This document shows positions 8,678-16,599 of a stretch of 30,253 bases of DNA, in pieces. Each line of letters starts with the position of its first letter. Positions within the stretch are counted from its first letter, which is position 1. The stretch is from positions 1-30,253 of the forward strand of contig JACQGX010000284.1 in assembly GCA_016199265.1 (NCBI GenBank), written 5' to 3'. The notes under the pieces were generated by a model. That model was given only the letters and a program-made list of their open reading frames with translations, searched no databases and was not told the DNA's origin. The position numbers and the translations under genes were made by a program. The DNA comes from Chloroflexota bacterium. Its GTDB lineage: Bacteria > Chloroflexota > UBA11872 > UBA12225.

Positions 8678-8742
8678 ACCAAGTGCAAAATGCAAAGTGC
8701 AAAGTGAGGATCCCTGCGGGTCCCACTGTGGCTTTGGTTTAG
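8674..8742 (+). repeat. GTGCAAA-heptamer element, copy 4. Its first bases CTAAACC supply the TAA stop codon of the CopD-like gene.
   Basis: CTAAACCAAGTGCAAAATGCAAAGTGCAAAGTGAGGATCCCTGCGGGTCCCACTGTGGCTTTGGTTTAG. The interior is 90% identical to copy 1. Confidence 0.9.
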
Positions 8743-8754
8743 GTTTGGTTCAAG

Positions 8755-8796
8755 GTCCGAAGTCCGAAGTCCGAGGTCCAGAGTCGAGGGTCGACT
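8755..8796 (+). repeat. Tandem heptamer array (GTCCGAA)x3 decaying into GTCCAGA/GTCGAGG, immediately after copy 4.
   Basis: ggtccgaagtccgaagtccgaggtccagagtcgagggtcgac read directly. Confidence 0.8.
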
Positions 8797-8843
8797 GCTG
8801 CGTGCCGCCGCTTTGGACGGTGGACGTATGACTGTGGAACCGG

Positions 8844-10610
8844 TCAAGAGGGATCTCGGCGGATCACCCAGGCGCGATACTCGCCGAATCGGCCGGCCGG
8901 AGTGGTGCCGGCCGGGAGATGCGCCGCCACCTGCGCGTGGCGCGAGACGACAACGCCTACGGCCGGCACACCGGCCGGGCTTGGAAAACCGGTGATGCCA
9001 GGCGCCACGATAGTGGGTGCGATCAAGCGTTCGCTGTCGACGAAGTGCACCGGCGCCGCGTAGTACGCGACCTCGCGGTCGGCGGCGACGAGCTCGCCGC
9101 GCGCAGCCACCGAGCGCAGCCACGCCGCCGCCTCGAACTGGCCCGACGAGCCGTAGAAGTAGGTGGTCGACTCGACCGTCGCCGCTTGGCGCGCCGCGGC
9201 TGAGACGTTGGCGCCGAGCAACAACCCGACGGCGAGCGCTCCCGCCCGCGTTGGTCCGGCGAACCGCGCGAGCGCCAGGCAGCCGGCGGCCACCGCGAGC
9301 CAGGCGGCGAGCAGACGGAGGTCGGCGTGCCGGATGAGCGCGTCGGCGCCGGTGGCGGTGCCGGCAGCGAAACCCACCGCGATTCCGGCCGGCAGAAACC
9401 AATTGGTTTTGGCGAAGGACGAATAACGGTTGACGGAGGCTCCACCGACAGAAGCGCCAATTTCGTCCTTCGTCGTTCGGCCTTCGTTAAGAAGGCGGAT
9501 GGCGGTAGGTAAGGCCGCGTCGAGCCACCGCGCTGCCGCAACGCCCGCGACGGCGGCCGCGAGGGGGAGCACGCCGGCGTGGTACTTGGGAAACCCTGCC
9601 GCCATCTTGCTCAGGTAGACCGCCATCGTCACGGCCGTGACGAACAGCAGCGCCGCGGCCGGCTCATCGCGTCGCAGCGCCAGCGGCGCCGCGACGAGCA
9701 GGCCGACCAACAGCGGGTGCAGCCACTGCATGCTCCGCAACGCCGCGACGAGCGTACGCAGCGCCGCAAGCCCCACCCCGGCGGCCGGCCCGGTCGCCGC
9801 GTTCCCCGTCAGGCCGGCCGTGTCCAGCGCCTCGTACCAGACATCACGGAATGGCTGTACAGCGGGCAGGCCGGTGCCCCACGCCACGAGCAGCCACGAG
9901 ACCAATAACACCAGACTGCCGGCGATACACGCGACGGCGAGCCGCCGCGCTTGCGGCCGGCGCCGCTGCAGCGTCAGCCAGAGCACGAGCGCCGCGGCAA
10001 CGATGAGGGGGGTGGTGAGCTTGCACCAGAGAGCAAGGGCGAAGGCGGCGGACAGCGCGGCGCCCGACCTGAGCCGGCGCCCTCCGTCCTTCGTCCTTCG
10101 TCCTTCGTCTCTTCCGGTGCGCAGGGCGAGCCAGACGAAGGCTGCGGTGGCAGGCGCCAGGACGGTGCCGTCGATGTCGAGCAGGAGGGCGCTCTGGATG
10201 GCGTACGGCGACGTCGCCCAGAGGAGCGCCGCGAGGACGCCGGCGCGTGGGCCACCGGCGAACCGGCCGAGCGCCGCCGCGCCAGCCAGCGAGGCCAGAC
10301 CCGCCAGGACACCGAAAGCGCGCAGCGCGGCGTCACCCGCCCCGGCGACGCGCTGCCACGCCGCCAGCGCCAGCAGGTAGCCCGGCGGGTGGTAGAGCGC
10401 GTACTGCAGGCGCAGGCCGTGCTCCGGATTCCAGGGGTAGTCGGCAATGTACCCGCGGTCGTAGAGAAAACTGCCGCCCGCGATTGCCCGCGCGGCTTTG
10501 GCGAAGTCGACTTCGTCGTACGTCAGCGGGCGACCTATCTGTGACAGTGCTAGGACGAGATAGAGCGCCACCGCTGCCAGGAAGACCGCACCGGTGTAGG
10601 GGCGAAGCAT
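8844..10610 (-). CDS. GT-C fold glycosyltransferase of the ArnT / PMT (GT39/GT83) type. Polytopic membrane protein.
   Basis: About 14 hydrophobic helices. N-terminal loop motif YDEVDFAKAARAIAGG (the DE motif of ArnT/PMT_2 enzymes). Carries two in-frame insertions of GGACGAA-heptamer palindromic elements (see repeats). Confidence 0.7.
   Translation of the reverse strand: MLRPYTGAVFLAAVALYLVLALSQIGRPLTYDEVDFAKAARAIAGGSFLYDRGYIADYPWNPEHGLRLQYALYHPPGYLLALAAWQRVAGAGDAALRAFGVLAGLASLAGAAALGRFAGGPRAGVLAALLWATSPYAIQSALLLDIDGTVLAPATAAFVWLALRTGRDEGRRTKDGGRRLRSGAALSAAFALALWCKLTTPLIVAAALVLWLTLQRRRPQARRLAVACIAGSLVLLVSWLLVAWGTGLPAVQPFRDVWYEALDTAGLTGNAATGPAAGVGLAALRTLVAALRSMQWLHPLLVGLLVAAPLALRRDEPAAALLFVTAVTMAVYLSKMAAGFPKYHAGVLPLAAAVAGVAAARWLDAALPTAIRLLNEGRTTKDEIGASVGGASVNRYSSFAKTNWFLPAGIAVGFAAGTATGADALIRHADLRLLAAWLAVAAGCLALARFAGPTRAGALAVGLLLGANVSAAARQAATVESTTYFYGSSGQFEAAAWLRSVAARGELVAADREVAYYAAPVHFVDSERLIAPTIVAPGITGFPSPAGVPAVGVVVSRHAQVAAHLPAGTTPAGRFGEYRAWVIRRDPS
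9411..9492. repeat. GGACGAA-family palindromic element inserted in-frame in the glycosyltransferase gene. Encodes roughly NEGRTTKDEIGASVGGASVNRYSSFA.
   Basis: Arms GGCGAAGGACGAA ... TTCGTCCTTCGTCGTTCGGCCTTCG are inverted repeats. The 82-84-nt length preserves the reading frame of ORF 8844..10610. Confidence 0.75.
10037..10110. repeat. Second, partly degenerate GGACGAA-family element in-frame in the glycosyltransferase gene ((TCCTTCG)x3 arm with a weak GGGCGAAGGCGGCGGAC partner). Encodes ...DEGRRTKDGG....
   Basis: cctccgtccttcgtccttcgtccttcgtc at 10082-10110, with a partial inverted partner at 10037-10053. Confidence 0.6.
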
Positions 10611-10741
10611 TTGCGGTGGTCTCCCTCGAGCGCTCCGATACGGCCGCTATGGTAGTCACCGAGACCCTCGTTGGGTAGCGGGAGCAGTGGCCGGCGGCCA
10701 AAACCCAAAGCGTACAGGCCCCACACGAATGCGCCGCGATC

Positions 10742-12676
10742 CTACAGACCGCCGGCCGGGGACTCGGTTCGCAGCCAGGAGGCGGCGCCCATGACCACGG
10801 TGAGCAGGGACACGAGCACGGCGCCTTCCGGCTGGTTGCTCTGGTCGAGCGCCATTGCCCACAGGATCGCGCCGACTATCGACGCGATAAGCACAATGAC
10901 GGCCAGCGTCGAGTGGCCGTGTTGCACCAGCCAGCGGCGCACACCGATCGTGAACACGGCGGCGACCGCAAAGATCAACAGGAGCAGACGCAGGGCATCA
11001 TCGGCAACGAAGACGACTAGCGGCGCAAGCGCGACGAATGCCACTTCCAGCGGCAGAAAAGCGCGCGGTGGCGTTTCGCCGTCATCCGATCGCATCCCCG
11101 GCCGCAGCGCCCTCGCCACCTTGAAGATCCGCACAAACCGCAGCAACCGAAGCGCGCGCAGCGTCTTGAGCGATTGAAGATTGAGCGCGACCAACAACGT
11201 TGGCAGGATGGCTAGGAGATCGACGATCCCCCACGGGCCGAGCACGTACCTCCAGCGGCTCGCGGCGTATACGATGCTGAGCGCGTAGTCGGCAACGAAA
11301 CAGACGGCAACCGCGATCTCCAGCCAGAAGAAGAGATCTCCGTATGCCTCCAGCAGCGCGGCGTCGTGCTCTAGCAGCGTGACCACAACCGACACGACGA
11401 CCAACGTCACGACGACCTCGGTGAGCGTCGCGGCCTCCTGCGAACGCTGGTCGACGTATGCCTGCCTCAGCCAGCTCACCAGCTGCTGCTTCCATGTCGT
11501 GCGGGGCACCGCCGCCGCGACCGCCGGTTTTGGTGGCAGCGCGGGTGCCACCGGCGCCGGCGGCGGTTCGGCGATACCGGTCTTCTGAACAGGTGCCGGC
11601 CCTTGGGCGCCACCGGCCCCTCGATCGGATCGCGCCACGCTTCCCGCTGCAGCCGGGTCGGTAGCCTGCCGGACCGACGTATCGGGCGCGGTGGTCGTGG
11701 CTGCGGCAGCCGTGGTAGGTACCGTCGCCGCGCCGGCCGCGCCGGCCGCGCCGGTCGTCGCAGCCGCCGTGTTCGCCGCGACCGCCGGCGGCGCGGTCGC
11801 GGTAGGTGCGTCGGCGGTCGCCACCACAGGCGGCGCCGGTGCGGGTAATGGGGCAGCAGACGAAGGCGGCGGCGATGCCGGTGCCGCCGAAGCGTCAGGC
11901 AAGGTCAGGTGCAGCAGTTGGGTGTTGATTGTCGGTGCGGCCGCCGGCGCCGGAAAGTCTGGTGATGGCGCAAATGCCGGTGGCTCTGGAAACGCCGGCG
12001 CCGGCGAAAACAGCGGTGTCGTCCCAGGTTCGGGAGTCTCGCTCGAGACAGGAGCAGACCGACCGGCGATGGCGAGCGGCGCCGCCGGAAACACCGGCGG
12101 CGCGGCAAACTCTGGTGCCGCCGAAAACGCCGGAGCCTCCGGCGCAGCCGGGGACTCGACCGTCGCCAGCCGGATGCCGGCCGCGAGCCCGGCCACCACC
12201 GCCGGGTCGAGTGCCCTAGCCGGCGGCGCCGCCTCGGTCGAGGCCGCGCCTGCCGCCGGCCCGCCCAGCGCGAACCCGGCACGGCCGGCATGTCGTTGCG
12301 TCGCCGGACTCTCCCACGTAGGGATGAAGGGGACTGAGGCGCTCGCCGGGCCACCATTTCCCCTCTCGCCCGCGGGCGAGAGGGGGCCAGGGGATGAGGG
12401 GACGTTCGGCGCCGGTCGGGGTTCGACCGTCGCGCCGCAGCGGGTGCAGAACTTCGCCCCGGCGCGCGCCGGCGTGCCGCAAGCGGCACACCAATACTCG
12501 ACGACAGTAGCCGCGGCCGCACCGGCCGCATGCGCCGCAGTCGCCGGGGCCAGGGCCGCACCGCAGCGGGTGCAGAACTTCGCCCCGGCGCGCGCCGGCG
12601 TGCCGCACTTCAGACAGCGGCTCGTCGCGCCGTCTGGCGCAGTCTCGTGTGGTATGGCCTGCGGTACGGAAGTCAC
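10742..12676 (-). CDS. Membrane protein. N-terminal double zinc ribbon (2 x CxxC-x10-CxxC), roughly 300-aa Pro/Ala-rich low-complexity linker, C-terminal voltage-sensor-like ion_trans domain (S1-S4 plus 3-4 further TM). No recognisable K/Na/Ca selectivity filter.
   Basis: CLKCGTPARAGAKFCTRCGA and CAACGTPARAGAKFCTRCGA. S2 FFWLEIAVAVCFVADYAL, S3 WGIVDLLAILP, S4 LRALRLLRFVRIFKVARALRP with Arg at every third position. GTG start with GGAGG RBS. Confidence 0.7.
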   Translation of the reverse strand: MTSVPQAIPHETAPDGATSRCLKCGTPARAGAKFCTRCGAALAPATAAHAAGAAAATVVEYWCAACGTPARAGAKFCTRCGATVEPRPAPNVPSSPGPLSPAGERGNGGPASASVPFIPTWESPATQRHAGRAGFALGGPAAGAASTEAAPPARALDPAVVAGLAAGIRLATVESPAAPEAPAFSAAPEFAAPPVFPAAPLAIAGRSAPVSSETPEPGTTPLFSPAPAFPEPPAFAPSPDFPAPAAAPTINTQLLHLTLPDASAAPASPPPSSAAPLPAPAPPVVATADAPTATAPPAVAANTAAATTGAAGAAGAATVPTTAAAATTTAPDTSVRQATDPAAAGSVARSDRGAGGAQGPAPVQKTGIAEPPPAPVAPALPPKPAVAAAVPRTTWKQQLVSWLRQAYVDQRSQEAATLTEVVVTLVVVSVVVTLLEHDAALLEAYGDLFFWLEIAVAVCFVADYALSIVYAASRWRYVLGPWGIVDLLAILPTLLVALNLQSLKTLRALRLLRFVRIFKVARALRPGMRSDDGETPPRAFLPLEVAFVALAPLVVFVADDALRLLLLIFAVAAVFTIGVRRWLVQHGHSTLAVIVLIASIVGAILWAMALDQSNQPEGAVLVSLLTVVMGAASWLRTESPAGGL

Positions 12677-12938
12677 CTCGTTTGCCTCCGCTTTCCAGGG
12701 TTAACGGGCACCGGCGCGCTCCACCGAAACAGGCACGTGCTCCATTTCTACGGCCCGCTGGAGTAACACGCGCCCTCGGCCGGCTAGCAGAGTAGGGCTA
12801 ATTGGCGGTTCCGGCGCAGCATACCAGACAAATGCGCTATAACGGGCCACGCTAGCCGTTCGGCTACTTCTCGCGGCTTCCCCAACGCGGGGGGTCTGTG
12901 GGGTACTGCGGGGCATTCAGAACGTAAGGAGCACCACC

Positions 12939-14702
12939 ATGCCGAGATCGGGCAGTGGCACGGGTAGGACACTCATCGTATTGGCGATTCTGCTATTGGT
13001 TGGACCAAAACTCCTATCGCTCGTGCCGGCGCGTAATCTCGCGCTCGACCCGAGCACGGAGCTGATCGTCACAGCGGCAGGTGCCGGTCTCTTCGCGCTG
13101 GGATTGTTTCTCACCGCGTTTACGGCCATGTACCACCGCGGCGCCGCCGATCGCGCCTTCGTGCGCACCGGCCTGGGAGGGGCCAAGGTGGTCATCGACG
13201 GTGGCGCGCTGGTCCTCCCTGCGGTACACGAGGTCACCTGGGTCTCGCTGCGCACCATGCCCTTGGAGCTCACCCGCGAAGGCCAGACGGCGCTGATCAC
13301 CAACGATTGCCTGCGGGCCAACATCACCGCCGCGTTCTTCATCAAGGTGCCTAAGGAGGCCGAACCCGTTCGGACGGCGGCGACGTCGCTCGGCGCGCAG
13401 GCGATCGATCCGGCCGGCATGCTGGAGTTTCTGGAGACCAAGCTCGAATCGGCGCTACGGGAAGTCGCGTCCGAAATGGCGCTCACCGAGCTGCTGATCA
13501 ATCGCAGCGAGTTCGTGCGCCGCATCACCGACCGCGTCAGCCGCGACATCGCGAGCAACGGCCTTGCGCTCGAGGGCGTCACGATCGCCAAGCTCGACCA
13601 GACGCCTACCTCGGCGCTGCGCGCCGAGGACAACGTCGTCGACGCGCAGGGCGCCAAGAAGATCATGGAGATCACGACGGCGCAGAACATCGAGCGCAAC
13701 CGGCTCCAGCTCGAGGCGCAGCGCCTGATCGAGCAGGAAAAGGTACGGACGAACCAGTTCCTCTACGAGCTCGAAGTGGCCCGCGCCTCGGCCGAGGCCG
13801 AGCGGGTGAGCCAAATCAAGGTGGCGCAGGCGGCGGCCGAACAGGAAGCGGCGACAAAATCCGCCGAACAGGTGCGCCTGTCGAAGATGGCCGAAGTCGA
13901 GCGCGACCGGGCGATCGAGCTCGCCGAGGTTGCCCGCCAGCAGGCCGTCGAGGTCGCCAACCAGGAGCGCGAGCGCGCGACGATGATCGCCAGAATCGGC
14001 AAGGAGCAGGCGCTCGAGGTGGCGAATCGCGAGCGCGAGATCGCCGTTGCGGCGAAAGAGACCGAACGTTCGCACGCGATGGCGCAGCAGCTCGAGGCCG
14101 AGGCGCTCAAGACGAGGGCTGAGCAGGAGGTCATCGCCGTCCAGGCGGCGGCCGAGGCCGAGCGGCGCGCCAACGCCCGCGTAATCGAGGCCAGGGCCGA
14201 ACAGGAAGCACGCGCGCTAGACGCGGAGGGCGAGAGAACTCGCCAGCTCGTGCCGGTCGAGGTCGCACGCGCGCAGGCGGAGGTCGAGCGCACCCGGCTC
14301 AAGAACCAGTCAGAGTTCGAATCGATCGCCCGCGACCTGCCGCTTGCGATGGCACGCATCGAAGCCGAGCGCGAGGTCGGTCTCAAGTCGGCTGAGGCGC
14401 TGGGCGCGGCGCTCTCGCAAGCCAAGCTGGTGATTTACGGCGATCCCTCCACGCTCGCCCAGGTGTCGCGCGCGTTTACGCGCGGCCAGATGCTCGGGGA
14501 GACCGCGAGCGGATTCGCCGGCGCCGCCCCGCCGCAGTTGGTGAACGGCGCCAACGATCTGGCCCAATGGCTCGCCGGCCTCGTCAAGCACCAGTTCGGC
14601 GTCGAAGTCGCCCCGGACACCATGAAAGACTTCATCAAGCAAGGCGCCCAGGGACCTGCCGGGCCTGATGCACCGGCGCATGCCGGAGCGACATCGACTT
14701 GA
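12939..14702 (+). CDS. Flotillin-like SPFH/band-7 protein (YqiK/FloA-like) with a long EA-rich coiled-coil region.
   Basis: N-terminal TM segment plus PHB domain, then Ala/Glu-rich flotillin repeats (AEAERVSQIKVAQAAAEQEA...). GTAAGGAG RBS. Confidence 0.9.
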   Translation: MPRSGSGTGRTLIVLAILLLVGPKLLSLVPARNLALDPSTELIVTAAGAGLFALGLFLTAFTAMYHRGAADRAFVRTGLGGAKVVIDGGALVLPAVHEVTWVSLRTMPLELTREGQTALITNDCLRANITAAFFIKVPKEAEPVRTAATSLGAQAIDPAGMLEFLETKLESALREVASEMALTELLINRSEFVRRITDRVSRDIASNGLALEGVTIAKLDQTPTSALRAEDNVVDAQGAKKIMEITTAQNIERNRLQLEAQRLIEQEKVRTNQFLYELEVARASAEAERVSQIKVAQAAAEQEAATKSAEQVRLSKMAEVERDRAIELAEVARQQAVEVANQERERATMIARIGKEQALEVANREREIAVAAKETERSHAMAQQLEAEALKTRAEQEVIAVQAAAEAERRANARVIEARAEQEARALDAEGERTRQLVPVEVARAQAEVERTRLKNQSEFESIARDLPLAMARIEAEREVGLKSAEALGAALSQAKLVIYGDPSTLAQVSRAFTRGQMLGETASGFAGAAPPQLVNGANDLAQWLAGLVKHQFGVEVAPDTMKDFIKQGAQGPAGPDAPAHAGATST

Positions 14703-14727
14703 CAACGCCGGGCGGCCAGGCTATGTT
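14699..14727 (+). promoter_or_regulatory. Near-consensus sigma-70-type promoter TTGACA-17 nt-TATGTT, overlapping the flotillin TGA stop and reading rightward into the convergent intergenic region.
   Basis: -35 TTGACA at 14699-14704, 17-nt spacer, -10 TATGTT at 14722-14727. Confidence 0.5.
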
Positions 14728-14796
14728 ATTAGTGGCGGGAGCGAGTCCCGTCACATGGGTCGTCACATAGGGCAAGGACGAAAGGAGGTGGCTATT

Positions 14797-14871
14797 TGCT
14801 GTCACGTTCCACGGTCCTGAACCGGAAGAAGCCGCTGACTCTGTACGGAGTCCTGCAGGTTGACAGGTAAT
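14797..14871 (+). CDS. Candidate 24-codon sORF (MLSRSTVLNRKKPLTLYGVLQVDR) inside an orphan promoter-terminator unit. TTG start. Hypothetical.
   Basis: AAAGGAGG RBS 7 nt upstream of TTG. TAA stop. Lies downstream of a near-consensus promoter and upstream of a hairpin terminator. No homolog recognised. Could equally be part of a non-coding RNA. Confidence 0.2.
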
Positions 14872-15016
14872 CGCCCAGGGGGAACCAGCCCTCTGGGCGT
14901 GGGTCGACCGCAGGCGAGCCCTCCAAGAGCGGAGCCAAGAAACGGCCGGAGAAAGCTCATCCGGCGGCTCCGGGCATACGGCGAACGCCGGAGGGCGGGA
15001 GTCCTGGACGCAGAGG

Positions 15017-15055
15017 AGCCCCGGTACACAACCGGGGCTCGTTGCTTTCCGTTCC
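15017..15055. terminator. Hairpin GAGCCCCGG-tacacaa-CCGGGGCTC followed by GTTGCTTTCCGTTC on the plus strand. Terminator for the orphan plus-strand unit, and possibly bidirectional for the MFS gene.
   Basis: 9-bp perfect GC-rich stem, 7-nt loop, U-rich tail on the plus strand only. Confidence 0.55.
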
Positions 15056-15080
15056 TACACCCTCCTACACCCGTCAGCAG

Positions 15081-16589
15081 TCAGCGCGCCGCGGCCCGGT
15101 GCGCCGCATCCCGTGGGCGGCCGAAGAGGGAGGTGGCCAGCGCGACGACGGCCAGCGCCGCCGAGGTCGCGAACACCACCTGGAAGCCGGGCAGCATCAC
15201 CTCGGGCGGCGCCTCGATCGCCAGCGTCGTGGTACCGGCGGCCGCGGCGAGCACCACCGCCGACCAGGTGAGGCTCGCCACCACCTGCCCGAGCGACTGG
15301 CCGAGGTTGCGCGTCAGCGCCTGAAAGCCACCCACGACGCCCAACCGGGAGCGCGGCACCGAGCCAAAGAGGGCGCTGCTGTTGGGCGACTGGAAGAGGC
15401 CCACGCCGAAGCCGATGACCAGCAAGCGCGCGGCCGCCGAAAGCGCCGAATCGTGTGCTCCTAGAAACACCAGGCTGCCCAATCCAACCACCTCCACCAC
15501 GAGGCCGGCCGAAGCGATCAGGCGCGAACCGAACTTGTCCGAGAGCGCGCCGCTGAACGGGGCGGTGACGGCCATCGCCGCCGGAATGGCCGTCAGCAAT
15601 AGGCCCGTCTGGTCGACCGGCAGCCTGAGCACGAAGATGAAGTAGAACGGCATCAGCAGCATGACCGGCGCCAGGGCGAGGAAGCTCAAGAATGCCGAGG
15701 CGGCGGCCGCGGTGAACCCCCGGTTGCGGAACAGCGTGAGGTCGATCGTCGGATGCGGCACGTGGCGCTCGACCCAGACGAACGCCGCCCCGGCACCACC
15801 GAACGTCACCAGCGCGGCGAGGGTCGGCAGACTCGTCCAGCCCCACGTCGCGCCCTGGTTGAGCCCCAACAGCAGTCCAACCGCCGCGAAGACGAACAGC
15901 GCAGCGCCGGCCGCGTCGAAGCGCTGCCCCTTTGCCACGGGCGACGGACGGAGCAGGTACCAGCCGACCGGCGCGGCCACTGCGCTGATCGGCACGTTGA
16001 CGTAAAACGCCGACCGCCAGCCGAAGTGCTCGGTGATGAGGCCGCCTATCACCGGCCCGGACAGCAATCCGAGCGAGACGATCGACCCGTTGAGCCCCAG
16101 CGCCCGCCCCCGCTCGGTCGCGGGAAACGCCTGTGTCAGGAGCGCGGCGGTATTGGCCTGGATCAGCGCGCTCCCCACGCCCTGGAGTACCCGCGCGGCG
16201 ATCAGCCAGCCGATCGACGGCGCGAGGCCACACAGCGCCGAAGCGGCGCCGAACAAGGCAAAGCCGCCGATGAACACCTCGCGCCGGCCGGCCATGTCGG
16301 CCAGGCGTCCCGCCGGCAGCAGCAGACCGGCGATGCACAGGACGTACCCGAGAATCACCCACTGCGCGAGCACGAGCGACGCCGAGAACTCACGCGTGAG
16401 CACGGGGAGCGCGACGTTGACGATCCCGGAATCGAGCGTCGCCATGTACACGCCGGCGCCGACGACGAGCAACACGATCCACTTGTAGTTCCCAGGCGGG
16501 GCCGATTCTTCCGCCGGCGGCGTTCCGGCCCGGTGGAGCGCCGACGCCGGGCCTCCACGAGCCGCCGCGCGAGACGACTTATCAATCAC
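15081..16589 (-). CDS. MFS transporter, DHA2 (EmrB/QacA-like, 14-TM) drug/H+ antiporter family.
   Basis: 502 aa, 14 hydrophobic segments. MFS signature GRLADMAGRREVF. The overlapping track ORF 15055..16362 is an out-of-frame shadow. Confidence 0.9.
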   Translation of the reverse strand: MIDKSSRAAARGGPASALHRAGTPPAEESAPPGNYKWIVLLVVGAGVYMATLDSGIVNVALPVLTREFSASLVLAQWVILGYVLCIAGLLLPAGRLADMAGRREVFIGGFALFGAASALCGLAPSIGWLIAARVLQGVGSALIQANTAALLTQAFPATERGRALGLNGSIVSLGLLSGPVIGGLITEHFGWRSAFYVNVPISAVAAPVGWYLLRPSPVAKGQRFDAAGAALFVFAAVGLLLGLNQGATWGWTSLPTLAALVTFGGAGAAFVWVERHVPHPTIDLTLFRNRGFTAAAASAFLSFLALAPVMLLMPFYFIFVLRLPVDQTGLLLTAIPAAMAVTAPFSGALSDKFGSRLIASAGLVVEVVGLGSLVFLGAHDSALSAAARLLVIGFGVGLFQSPNSSALFGSVPRSRLGVVGGFQALTRNLGQSLGQVVASLTWSAVVLAAAAGTTTLAIEAPPEVMLPGFQVVFATSAALAVVALATSLFGRPRDAAHRAAAR

Positions 16590-16599
16590 AATTGCGACG

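Noticed and set aside
14730-15055. Possibility that the roughly 320-nt promoter-to-terminator unit is RNase P RNA, tmRNA or a long-form SRP RNA. The segments CATAGGGCA and CAGGTAATCGCCCAGGGGGAACC resemble parts of E. coli M1 RNA, and CCGGAAGAAGCCGC resembles the SRP helix-8 GGAA-GGAAGCAGC motif.
   Set aside because: The matching segments are in the wrong order and spacing for RNase P. No P4 halves (GGAAAGUCCGG / ACAGAACCCGGCUUA), no tRNA-like 3' end with T-loop for tmRNA. The putative GGAA tetraloop lacks a closing helix and the 3' partner motif. These are treated as chance similarities.
15055-16362. ORF 15055..16362 (-), 435 aa, overlapping the MFS transporter gene in another frame.
   Set aside because: The MFS frame (15081..16589) has 14 TM segments and family motifs. 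The alternative frame is an Arg/Gly/Pro-rich shadow.
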